Virus record (IMG/VR): IMGVR_UViG_3300033067_001205
Coordinates: 1-36,522 of that record
Direction: 5' to 3' (one strand)
DNA length: 36,522 nt
Source of the DNA: a virus
Taxonomy: Duplodnaviria; Caudoviricetes
Below, piece after piece: positions 8,138 through 16,591 of this stretch (positions are counted from its first letter, which is position 1; each line of letters starts with the position of its first letter). Made by a program: the position numbers and the translations under genes. The notes below the pieces were generated by a model. That model saw only the letters and a list, made by a program, of their open reading frames with translations, ran no database searches and was not told the DNA's origin.

Positions 8138-9613
8138 ATGCGGACCTTGCTGATACTTGCGATTGCCTTGATTCCTGCCGTCGCGCAGGCTCAGGTCGTT
8201 CAAGTGCAGCAGAGAATCGGTTGCAACCTCGGTCGATGCAAGGTGGGAATCGGGTCCGGTGTAGCGATCGGCTGGGAACCTACACAAGCGGGTTGCCGCA
8301 AATACTACGTGCTTACGGTCGCTCACAATGCGGGAGTTCAAGAGCGACATCGATTCGATCCAAGATTGAACTACGGGATGTCGGTTGCTACTCGCTCTGG
8401 ATTACACCAAGCGAAAATCGAACAGTGTGACGGTGCTCGATTCCTGATGCTGTTGTCGTTCGTTGAAACCAGTGGCGAGAAGATACCCGTTCTTCCGATC
8501 GCAAATCGCATCGCTCAGGCCGGTGAGTCTGTCACGATTTCCGGATTCTCTCAAAGCCGCCAGGGCCAGTTCAGTGTCAGATCGCTCTCGCTGAGATCGA
8601 CGGGGCCGCAGTGTTTTACAGTCACTTCGCCGTTTGAGCAGGGTGAATCGGGTGGTCCGGTTTGCGATCAACGCGGCGAGATTATTGGTTTATGCGAAGG
8701 GTACAACAGTGAAACGAAAATTGGTTTTGGGCCTAGTGCCGCTGCTATTCGGGCTTTTCTCAATCTGCCTGCTATTGGTTCCGTCAGTGAAAGCCGAGAA
8801 TCTAAACAACTGCCGGTGCAGCCAGGATTGCCCGTGCAGCCTTCTCGGCCAGAAGTGCCAGTGCGTGAGCCGATCGCAGACGCTCCACCGTTCAATCGAG
8901 CACCGGTCTACAACCCCGGTCCAGTCGTCCCACATCCACCGCCCGAGCCAGTCGACCGAGCTCCTGTTGTGCCAGCTCCAGAGCACCGAGCAAAGCCAGA
9001 TCCGGTCAAGGTTGAGGACACGCCTGCAATTCCGCGAATTCCGCCGGCAACACCGAAGGAGCCGGTTCAACTCGCAGGAGATAAGCCACAGGGTGGGGGC
9101 GCCGGAGCCGCTTCGAGTGATCCTGAATCAGCTCAATCTTCAGTGGGGAGCAAGGTCGTTACCGCAGCCCGTTTTGGTCTAGATCTGTGGTCGGTCCTTG
9201 CGGGCGTCGGGCTTGTCGCCGGGACTGGTGGGATTGGTGGATTGGCATTACTTGGCTGGAGGGGATTCAAGGCCGCTCGAACACTGAAGCAACTGCGTCA
9301 GGGCTTGGGTGGTCCTTCGACTGCGGCGCCAAGTCCTGTGAGTCAACAGGTGAAGGAAGTGATTAACACGCTGCCACCGATTGCAAGTCCAGTCACGACT
9401 CCAGTTTCAGCACCGCAGCCAATTAGGCTCCCGCTACAGTCTACCAATTTCGTTGAAGTACCAGTTGATTATCGTCGCGAGTCAGTTGATTACGCTCTTG
9501 CGGAAACTGGTCGTAAATATCCTGGGGCAATCGCAACTCTTGAGGTTGTGAAAAGCCTTATTAATCAGCATCTCCAAGCGAACGGCCACGGGCCAGAATC
9601 GCTTCACTCTTAG
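8138..9613 (+). CDS. Exported trypsin-like serine protease with a Pro-rich linker and a C-terminal hydrophobic segment
   Basis: Signal peptide MRTLLILAIALIPAVAQA; GSGVAI, VLTVAH (His) and QGESGGPV (Ser); Pro-rich stalk; WSVLAGVGLVAGTGGIGGLALLGW segment. Confidence 0.8.
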   Translation: MRTLLILAIALIPAVAQAQVVQVQQRIGCNLGRCKVGIGSGVAIGWEPTQAGCRKYYVLTVAHNAGVQERHRFDPRLNYGMSVATRSGLHQAKIEQCDGARFLMLLSFVETSGEKIPVLPIANRIAQAGESVTISGFSQSRQGQFSVRSLSLRSTGPQCFTVTSPFEQGESGGPVCDQRGEIIGLCEGYNSETKIGFGPSAAAIRAFLNLPAIGSVSESRESKQLPVQPGLPVQPSRPEVPVREPIADAPPFNRAPVYNPGPVVPHPPPEPVDRAPVVPAPEHRAKPDPVKVEDTPAIPRIPPATPKEPVQLAGDKPQGGGAGAASSDPESAQSSVGSKVVTAARFGLDLWSVLAGVGLVAGTGGIGGLALLGWRGFKAARTLKQLRQGLGGPSTAAPSPVSQQVKEVINTLPPIASPVTTPVSAPQPIRLPLQSTNFVEVPVDYRRESVDYALAETGRKYPGAIATLEVVKSLINQHLQANGHGPESLHS

Positions 9614-9623
9614 GGTCTAAGGC

Positions 9624-10463
9624 ATGCCGCAAATCAACACAGATTCAATTCTCTATTACAACGTGGGCGACTTTGGAACGATGGGATATGCCGTTCCTAA
9701 CTGGTCGGATGACGTCGCGACTAACAACGTGACCATTCGCGAACTGGTGGACTTAGCAGGGCAGAACCTGTCTCTTGTGATGCACGGTGACGACGCTCGA
9801 CTTCGCACTCCGCCGTCGATGAATACGATTCTTCGCGTGCATGCGTTGTACGTTCGGATCGGCTCAATCCTGCAATCGCGAGCACGTAAAGACAGCGACG
9901 TCCTGTTCGAGTCGACACACTCAACACCAGCACTTGAAGTCTTCCGGGTTTATCCAGTGCCCTACTTCAAGGTACGCAATGCGTGGCTGAAGCGATGGTG
10001 CGAACTGGTCTTGCGGTGCATTGGCGAAATGATGCAGCACAGCGAGAACAGTCGCTCAGACGAAATCACTGTGCACTTCGCCGAGACGGTCGGGAAGTAC
10101 ATGGCTCGAATCTACATCAACATGGCCACGGAGCTATTCGGTGTGTCGCGAGCCGACGCCGAGAAGCCTGGATTCCTGTTGTCGGAAGCACAGTTGGGGG
10201 CTTACAACCCTTCAGCGTTTGTGACGTCCACTGAGAGAATCGATACCGTCGCGCCGATGCGTGAGATCCTGACGGAAGACTCCATGTACGTGATTCGCAG
10301 CGGAATCCTCGTCACTCAATTGCCGAATCTCACGCCGTACCCTGCTGACGTGCTTTCAGGAGTGGCAATTACAAATCCTGACTTGGGTGTTGGCGGTTCC
10401 GTGACTTCCAGCACTACTGCGACAACTCCGAATGTGGTGATGCCCGTTCCTTCTGGAGTGTAG
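9624..10463 (+). CDS. Hypothetical protein (279 aa)
   Basis: Long ORF 10 nt after the protease gene; no recognised family. Confidence 0.8.
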   Translation: MPQINTDSILYYNVGDFGTMGYAVPNWSDDVATNNVTIRELVDLAGQNLSLVMHGDDARLRTPPSMNTILRVHALYVRIGSILQSRARKDSDVLFESTHSTPALEVFRVYPVPYFKVRNAWLKRWCELVLRCIGEMMQHSENSRSDEITVHFAETVGKYMARIYINMATELFGVSRADAEKPGFLLSEAQLGAYNPSAFVTSTERIDTVAPMREILTEDSMYVIRSGILVTQLPNLTPYPADVLSGVAITNPDLGVGGSVTSSTTATTPNVVMPVPSGV

Positions 10464-10508
10464 CCCGCACATCCCGCCGTGACCTGGAACTTCGCTACGG
10501 GACCGTGA

Positions 10509-10552
10509 GCCGATCAAGGGGGTTGACCCTCAATCATCCTTGGTCGGTTTTT
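10509..10552 (+). terminator. Intrinsic terminator
   Basis: GCCGATCAAGG/CCTTGGTCGGT stem with inner GGTTGA/TCAATC pairing, then a T run. Confidence 0.65.
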
Positions 10553-10569
10553 CCCAATTAAGGCAAGCC

Positions 10570-11007
10570 ATGCTTCGCACGCTACACACCTCACTTTTCC
10601 TTCTCGTTCTCGCGGTTACGCTCCCGGCACAAGACGCTGCGCAGACCGTCTTCCCGTCGAAGCCGCAACCAGGCTACACGGCAGACTGCACGATCTATCG
10701 GGTGATCGACGGCGACACGGTTGAACTAGAAATCAAGCACCGCATTCGCGTGAGGCTACTCAACTGTTGGGCTCCCGAGTCTCGAACGACCGACGCAGAA
10801 GAGAAGGTGCGGGGACTGGCGGCAAAGCAGCACCTGATAGATCTCGCGAAGGTGGGAGCCGAAGGAACCGTATCAATCCCGGCTGGTTACGACCTTTCGC
10901 AGACTCAGACGCTCAATAGGCTGCTTGGGTACGTGTGGATCAAGGGGCAAGATAAATCCCTCAACGAGATCCAAGTTCAGTCAGGGCATGCAAAGTTGGT
11001 GAAGTAG
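10570..11007 (+). CDS. Exported thermonuclease (SNase family)
   Basis: Signal peptide, RVIDGDT, RVRLLNCWAPE, RLLGYVW and SLNE..VQSGHA motifs. Confidence 0.9.
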   Translation: MLRTLHTSLFLLVLAVTLPAQDAAQTVFPSKPQPGYTADCTIYRVIDGDTVELEIKHRIRVRLLNCWAPESRTTDAEEKVRGLAAKQHLIDLAKVGAEGTVSIPAGYDLSQTQTLNRLLGYVWIKGQDKSLNEIQVQSGHAKLVK

Positions 11008-11011
11008 TTCA

Positions 11012-11194
11012 ATGAATCTTACGCAGATAATTAATTGGCCGCACACCAAAAACAACAACATGGCGCCACTGTGGGCCATCGCGTTGAGGATTGCGGTCTT
11101 GCCGGTCATGTACGCTGGAGTTGGTCTAGTTTTTGTGTCTCTGCTTATTGGGTGGGGACCGTACGAAGCGAGACGGTTTTGGCGTAACTGGTAA
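11012..11194 (+). CDS. Small membrane protein
   Basis: 60 aa with a long hydrophobic stretch, in the operon direction. Confidence 0.5.
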   Translation: MNLTQIINWPHTKNNNMAPLWAIALRIAVLPVMYAGVGLVFVSLLIGWGPYEARRFWRNW

Positions 11195-11243
11195 TGAGTA
11201 ACAGTGTATCCATCATCACTCACCTTTTCGTCCAAGGTTGAAA

Positions 11244-11825
11244 ATGAACATTCTAGAAGCACTTCGGGAAGTTGATGTTGCAGAACTCGTGAGACAGCGA
11301 TCCGAGATGCAGGATAGCGTCAGTAGATTCGAGAGAGACATCAAAGCGTTGGATTGGGCTATCGTTGCTGCACGACAAGCTCAGGGAGACGCGGGGCATC
11401 TCACAGGAAGACTAAGCGAGAATGTTCGGTCACAAGTGACGATCGCTAGTCAACCGGATGCCCCTACTGCGACTCCGATCACACTTGAGGAACCAGTGGT
11501 TGAGTCGCTCCCAGTTGTCGAGTCGCCGGTCGCTCAGGAAGCGGTAAAGGAATGGGAGCCAGAGCCGATTCCGATCGTACCGAAGAAGGTCGCTAAGGCT
11601 GTCGCCCCGTGCGGGAAAAAGATCGAGGTTCAACCGGCAGCACAGCCAGTCGCGTTGACGATTGCAGATCGAGCGAAACTCTACCTTGAATCGACAGACT
11701 TCGCCTCAACGATGGCTCTGGTGGCGTTCCTTGGTCTGCCTGACGAACGTACGCTGAACACGATGCTTGCGGCCGATAGTCGATTCATGCAGGACAAGCG
11801 TGGCTTCTGGGGGCTGGTGAAATGA
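11244..11825 (+). CDS. Hypothetical protein (N-terminal coiled coil, C-terminal wHTH-like)
   Basis: Operon ORF; C-terminal LAADSRFMQDKRGFWGL resembles the RF.....G.W.L ends of HTH domains. Confidence 0.7.
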   Translation: MNILEALREVDVAELVRQRSEMQDSVSRFERDIKALDWAIVAARQAQGDAGHLTGRLSENVRSQVTIASQPDAPTATPITLEEPVVESLPVVESPVAQEAVKEWEPEPIPIVPKKVAKAVAPCGKKIEVQPAAQPVALTIADRAKLYLESTDFASTMALVAFLGLPDERTLNTMLAADSRFMQDKRGFWGLVK

Positions 11826-11989
11826 AACGTCGCACTCTCAAACGATTGAGAGACAACAGCCGCATGGGTCGACGTGGATGGATTTCGTGTTTGCAGGAAC
11901 TACCCCACCCATCGGTAAAAGTTGTACTTACTCGCAAGGCGACTAAGCCAAGACGGAAGCGACGATACCGACGAATCAGACGCAGGTGA
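11822..11989 (+). CDS. Small Arg/Lys-rich protein (55 aa; absent from the ORF track)
   Basis: ATGA overlap with the upstream stop. MKRRTLKRLR...KPRRKRRYRRIRRR. Ends 4 nt before the next ATG. Confidence 0.55.
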   Translation: MKRRTLKRLRDNSRMGRRGWISCLQELPHPSVKVVLTRKATKPRRKRRYRRIRRR

Positions 11990-11993
11990 TTGA

Positions 11994-12218
11994 ATGGAAC
12001 ACTGCCCCCGTTGCACTGCACTCCAGGCAGACTTGGACGTAGCAAATAGGCTGTGCCAGGGGCAAGCCGAGACGATCGCAGCTCAGGATCGACTAATCCT
12101 CAATCAGGCTGAAGAACTGACACGATCCAGAAACGAAACGATTGACGCTCGGCATCACCGGGACATGTATAGGCGCGAATTAGAAACGTTGAAACAGGTG
12201 CAACATGGCGGCAGGTGA
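11994..12218 (+). CDS. Small CxxC plus coiled-coil protein
   Basis: MEHCPRC followed by heptads; overlaps the start of the next gene. Confidence 0.6.
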   Translation: MEHCPRCTALQADLDVANRLCQGQAETIAAQDRLILNQAEELTRSRNETIDARHHRDMYRRELETLKQVQHGGR

Positions 12219-12627
12219 TTGGACATTTACGAACGCAGGACGAATCTCTCTGCTGAACGGTACGTTCGACCTCGATTCAGACTCATTCAAGATGGCGTTG
12301 TTTTTGTCAACGTCTAACATCGGCGCGGCCAGTACGACCTACGCGGGATTGACGAACGAGGTAGCTAATGCGAACGGCTACACCACGGGCGGCAAGACTC
12401 TGGTGATGTCACTGACAGGCACCACTACAGTGACTCTCGACTGTGACGATCAAGTGTGGACGGCGTCCGGTGGCTCAATCACCGCTCGGTTCGCTGTGAT
12501 CTACGAAGTCGGAGGCAACGTGCTCTGCTACTGCCTGTTGGACTCGGCCCCGGCGGACGTCACGGCAACAGACGGGAACCCGTTGACGGTGCAGATAGCA
12601 GCGTCGGGATTGCTCACGCTAACGTAA
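12205..12627 (+). CDS. Putative virion structural protein (tail/fibre-associated)
   Basis: FKMALF..NEV...NGYTTGG..WTASGGSI.ARFAVIY pattern seen in phage minor structural proteins; Thr/Gly/Ala-rich beta composition. Confidence 0.7.
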   Translation: MAAGDWTFTNAGRISLLNGTFDLDSDSFKMALFLSTSNIGAASTTYAGLTNEVANANGYTTGGKTLVMSLTGTTTVTLDCDDQVWTASGGSITARFAVIYEVGGNVLCYCLLDSAPADVTATDGNPLTVQIAASGLLTLT

Positions 12628-12644
12628 TCGGGGGGAAGATCAAC

Positions 12645-13115
12645 GTGACTCCAGAACAAGAAACAACAATCTACGATGCGATTCATGCGAATCAAACACT
12701 GACGCAGTTTGCAAGCGTTGGGAACGACTCGGGAATCACGTCTGCGTTAAACGCGATCGATCCCGCAATCCTGATTCTTCGTGATTCGATCCCTTCCGAC
12801 TATCTGCGGGCCATGGCGATCGTCTCGCTGCAGACCGCGATCGGAACCGGGGATCAAGCCAAGATCGCCCGTTGGCAAAACGCCGTTGCATTAGCGAGTG
12901 GATTCACTGGCGATATTCAGTTGATCGATCCAGTGTTGCAGGGTCAGTTGCAGTTGTCCGAAGCTGACGGAGTTCTCCCTGGAAGCATTCGCAATCACTA
13001 CACGAAGCGTCCAGGATCGCGGGCCGAAGAATTAATTGGCAGGCCGGTAACAGTCGACGAAGTTTCGAGGGTGCTACTCCGTGACCGACCTGACGGAAAG
13101 CTGGTGACTACGTGA
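12645..13115 (+). CDS. Hypothetical protein, probably structural
   Basis: GTG start after GGGGGAAG; GTGA overlap with the next gene. Confidence 0.65.
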   Translation: MTPEQETTIYDAIHANQTLTQFASVGNDSGITSALNAIDPAILILRDSIPSDYLRAMAIVSLQTAIGTGDQAKIARWQNAVALASGFTGDIQLIDPVLQGQLQLSEADGVLPGSIRNHYTKRPGSRAEELIGRPVTVDEVSRVLLRDRPDGKLVTT

Positions 13116-13588
13116 GCACGATCACAAAAACGCTGCTGCAAACAAACGCTGTCACTTTGCTTTCGACGGAGTTGAATTCACTGGCGAACAACTCGCTGGC
13201 AATTTCGAGCGTTGGCGGTTCGTCCGGGGCTTTCAACTTCGCGATCGGCGGGACAGATCTCGACGGTTATCAGGATATCGATATCGAGTTGTATATCGCT
13301 TCGATGGGCGGCACCCCGACAGCACAAACCGGGTTCTCGATTTGGTTCCTTGGGCAAGTCGACGGGACCAACTACGAGGATGGATCAGCGTCTGTTGAGC
13401 CAGCGAGAAGCCCTGATTGTGTGATTCCAATCAGGGCTGTAAGCACGGCGCAGCGGATCATCAGAAGACAAGTCGCGGCGCCACATGGAACCGTTAAAGC
13501 CCTGATTAAGAACAACGGCACAGGGCAAGCTCTCGCGGCTTCTGGAAACACTCTCAAAATCAAAGCGTCGACTGACACTCAGGTCTAA
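13112..13588 (+). CDS. Putative beta-sandwich virion protein
   Basis: LNSLAN..DGTNYEDG..NNGTGQALAASGNTLKI; precedes the LamG gene. Confidence 0.7.
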   Translation: MSTITKTLLQTNAVTLLSTELNSLANNSLAISSVGGSSGAFNFAIGGTDLDGYQDIDIELYIASMGGTPTAQTGFSIWFLGQVDGTNYEDGSASVEPARSPDCVIPIRAVSTAQRIIRRQVAAPHGTVKALIKNNGTGQALAASGNTLKIKASTDTQV

Positions 13589-13590
13589 TC

Positions 13591-14958
13591 GTGAAGCGAC
13601 TCGTACAAGCCAACCCGCTGAACCGCAGTCACAGGCTGGCCGATGGGCTAACGTCGCGATGGCTTGCGTTGCCGCATTTAAGCGGGGGTCGGCAGCTGTA
13701 CGACATTGCGGGATTCAATCACGGAGTCCTGACGAACGGGCCAACTTGGGCATCGTTTCGGCGTGACGGTGGTTTCAATTCAATATCGTTCGACGGGACT
13801 AATGATTACATCGATTTGGGGACGACTGCTGCACTGAACCTCACCGGTACGATGAGCTTTTCCTGCTGGTACAAGTCGTCTTCATACACGCAAAATCAGG
13901 CGTTTATTGCGTCGAGTCTGAACGGCGGACAGGCGAATTACGCAATTACGTTCGGGTTCAATGACAATAAATTCGAGTTGTGGAACAACGCGACCGGTCC
14001 AGTGATTTCGTCGACGGCATCGATCGCAGATCCCGGATGGCACCACTACGTTTGCACGCGATCGGGAACATCAGGTTCCTGGAATCTGGCATTGTATATC
14101 GACGGGCTGCTCGACAAGTCTGGAACGTCTGCACTTGATCCAAGCGGAGGGTCTTATCCGGTCGTTCTCGGTCGATTTGGTGGGTTCGGTGGGTACTATC
14201 TTTCGGGCCAACTTGGTGACGCTGCTCTGTGGTCGCGGGCACTCACAGCGGCCGACGTTTGGGAGCTATACCAGGATAGTCGAGAGAACTATCGGCGAAC
14301 TCTGAACTGGAGACGTTCACGGGCGGGAGTCGCGATTGGCGGCGGAATTCCCGTCACTGTCACTCCTGGAACAGCGACACTCACGATCACTCGGTTTTCT
14401 CCGACAGTCCGAACGCCTCGGACAGTCACACCGCAAACTAAGTCGCTGACGATCACGAGCTATGCTCCCACGATTCGCACACCGCGAACGGTAGTTCCTG
14501 GAACAGCGACACTCACGATCACTCGGTTTTCTCCGACAGTCCGAACGCCTCGGACAGTCACACCGCAAACTAAGTCGCTGACGATCACGAGCTATGCTCC
14601 CACGATTCGCACACCGCGAACGGTAGTTCCGGGAACTGCCTCGCTCACGATCACGAAGTTCGCGCCAACAGTGCGAACATCTCGGACTGTAGTACCGTCA
14701 ACACGACACATCACAATCACGACGCATGCGCCGACGGTTCTTGCAACCCGAACAGTTCGACCAGGGACGGCACACCTAACGATCACCGGGCACGCTCCAC
14801 GGGTGGTAATTCCAACGGGGGCCGTAATCGGCGGACATGCGGAAGCAATCGAGGTGAGTTACGCGAGAGCTGAGGCGATCGGTATATCTTTCTCCCGAGC
14901 AACTGCGATCGAGGTGGCTTATCCTCGCGCCGAAGCAATTGGGATAGCGGGAGCATAA
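13591..14958 (+). CDS. LamG/concanavalin-like domain protein with a Thr/Pro repeat stalk (putative fibre/adhesin)
   Basis: NHGVLTNG, FDGTNDYI, WHHYVCT, LYIDG and WSRALTAADV LamG_3 motifs, then 22-aa and 10-aa repeats. Confidence 0.85.
   Translation: MKRLVQANPLNRSHRLADGLTSRWLALPHLSGGRQLYDIAGFNHGVLTNGPTWASFRRDGGFNSISFDGTNDYIDLGTTAALNLTGTMSFSCWYKSSSYTQNQAFIASSLNGGQANYAITFGFNDNKFELWNNATGPVISSTASIADPGWHHYVCTRSGTSGSWNLALYIDGLLDKSGTSALDPSGGSYPVVLGRFGGFGGYYLSGQLGDAALWSRALTAADVWELYQDSRENYRRTLNWRRSRAGVAIGGGIPVTVTPGTATLTITRFSPTVRTPRTVTPQTKSLTITSYAPTIRTPRTVVPGTATLTITRFSPTVRTPRTVTPQTKSLTITSYAPTIRTPRTVVPGTASLTITKFAPTVRTSRTVVPSTRHITITTHAPTVLATRTVRPGTAHLTITGHAPRVVIPTGAVIGGHAEAIEVSYARAEAIGISFSRATAIEVAYPRAEAIGIAGA
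14364..14630 (+). repeat. Exact 132-bp tandem duplication within a degenerate 66-bp array
   Basis: TCCTGGAACAGCG... starts at both 14364 and 14496. Diverged 22-codon units continue to about 14810. Confidence 0.92.
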
Positions 14959-14961
14959 GCA

Positions 14962-15384
14962 ATGGATCGATCAAACGACGACTGGCGCGACCTCGGAAAG
15001 ATCGTCGAAGGGACGTCACCGACAGTGATGGCTCGTTGTACATCCGCTGACGGGACATTGATTCAGCAGGCTTCGCTGTCGAGTGTCAAACTGAAGATCT
15101 TCGACATCTCTTCTGGCCAATCGTCAGCAACGCTCGTTGGTAGCGAAACGACGCTGGCACTTGATGACGTCTGGTTCGACACCGTACAAACTGGCGGTGG
15201 CTGGACGTCAAACCTTGGGGGCTACAACTTCGCTTACGAGATTCCAGCAGCGTCGTTAGTAGGTGGCGGCGCAGGCGTAAAGAAGATTTACCAAATCGAG
15301 ATCAGAGGAACTTTGTCCGCAGGTGGATCGTTCTGGGTTGCCAAGGCCCGACTTACGGTCACTGACGCATTAGGTATTTCGTGA
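14962..15384 (+). CDS. Hypothetical beta-rich protein, probably structural
   Basis: ATG after GGGAG; last gene of the appendage block. Confidence 0.7.
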   Translation: MDRSNDDWRDLGKIVEGTSPTVMARCTSADGTLIQQASLSSVKLKIFDISSGQSSATLVGSETTLALDDVWFDTVQTGGGWTSNLGGYNFAYEIPAASLVGGGAGVKKIYQIEIRGTLSAGGSFWVAKARLTVTDALGIS

Positions 15385-16001
15385 TGACCACTCCGCAAAC
15401 GATCTCGATTCTTAATCAAGATGTCGAAGATGCTCCAGTCGCAAGCCTTATTCCTCACCCAGACAATCCACGTCGAGGTGATGTAGATGCAATCGAAGAA
15501 TCGATCCTAGCGAACGGTTGGTATGGCGCGGTCATAGTTCAACGTACAACCCGCTACATTCTGGCCGGAAATCATCGTTGGCAGGGGGCAACGCGAGCAG
15601 GAGCGTTGACAGTTCCGACAATCTTTGTCGATGTGGACGACGCAGTAGCCCGTAGAATCGTCCTGGCGGATAACCGAACAGGCGACATGGCCAGTTACGA
15701 CCAGAGCGAGCTGGCAGCCATCTTATCGCAGATCCAAGATGAAGCAGGTTCGATCACAGGTACGGGGTATGTTGATTCAGATCTCGACCAAATCCTAACC
15801 TCGTTGAAGACGATTCAGGATGAAGCCTCTGACACAGGAACCAACAGAACAAAGGCGGAAAAGCCAATTCAAATTGTCATCGGTCCCTATAAGTGCAAGG
15901 TAGACGCGGACAAATTGGCCAAGCTGTTTTCCGAGATACGCCAAAGCGCAATCGACGACGAGGCAATTATTGCCGAATGCCGTAGGAGACTGAAACTGTG
16001 A
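15384..16001 (+). CDS. ParB/Sulfiredoxin-domain protein 1
   Basis: LIPHPDNPRRGD..IEESI..NGW..ILAGNHR..LADNRT. Confidence 0.9.
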   Translation: MTTPQTISILNQDVEDAPVASLIPHPDNPRRGDVDAIEESILANGWYGAVIVQRTTRYILAGNHRWQGATRAGALTVPTIFVDVDDAVARRIVLADNRTGDMASYDQSELAAILSQIQDEAGSITGTGYVDSDLDQILTSLKTIQDEASDTGTNRTKAEKPIQIVIGPYKCKVDADKLAKLFSEIRQSAIDDEAIIAECRRRLKL

Positions 16002-16591
16002 AGCGTGTTCCCACAAGCGGATTAGTCATGATGGCAGCGTCGGATCTCACGCGGCATCCGCAGAATCCTCGACGTGGTGAGCTTGAACCAATTATAGAAA
16101 GCATCGCCACGAACGGGTTTTACGGCGCCCTACTCGTTCAGAAGTCCACTGGATTCGTGATTGCTGGAAACCACCGGTTCCTTGCCGGAAGATCTCTCGG
16201 GATGACCGAGTTTCCGGCGTTCGTGCTCGACGTCAACGATACTCAGGCGAAAAAAATCATGCTCGCCGATAATCGAACCAGCGATGTTGCCGGCTATGAC
16301 GAGGAGCGACTCTGTGACCTGCTCAAAGCCGTCGACGAGGAATCAAGTCTAGTCGGCACCGGATACCAAGACGATGACCTGAACAAGTTAATTAAACTCT
16401 GCGATACCGAACGGCCCGCGGAACAAGATCTGAAAGAGGTGAAGGCCGCAAATGTCACGTTCAACTTGCTGCACATTCGATTTGTTGTACAGCGAGAAGA
16501 ATACATCCAGTGGCTCGAAGAAATACGCCAAACGGCGGGGTTTAATAAGGCAGATATTCAGAAAGAGATCCTATGTCGTCTCGGTTTATAG
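15998..16591 (+). CDS. ParB/Sulfiredoxin-domain protein 2 (paralogue of 1)
   Basis: HPQNPRRGE..IIESI..NGF..VIAGNHR..LADNRT; GTGY..DL shared with the upstream paralogue. Confidence 0.9.
   Translation: MKRVPTSGLVMMAASDLTRHPQNPRRGELEPIIESIATNGFYGALLVQKSTGFVIAGNHRFLAGRSLGMTEFPAFVLDVNDTQAKKIMLADNRTSDVAGYDEERLCDLLKAVDEESSLVGTGYQDDDLNKLIKLCDTERPAEQDLKEVKAANVTFNLLHIRFVVQREEYIQWLEEIRQTAGFNKADIQKEILCRLGL

Noticed and set aside
14364-14630. Possible CRISPR array or DGR template/variable repeat pair
   Set aside because: The repeats are contiguous, in frame and have no spacers or adenine-specific mismatches. No cas or reverse transcriptase gene is present.
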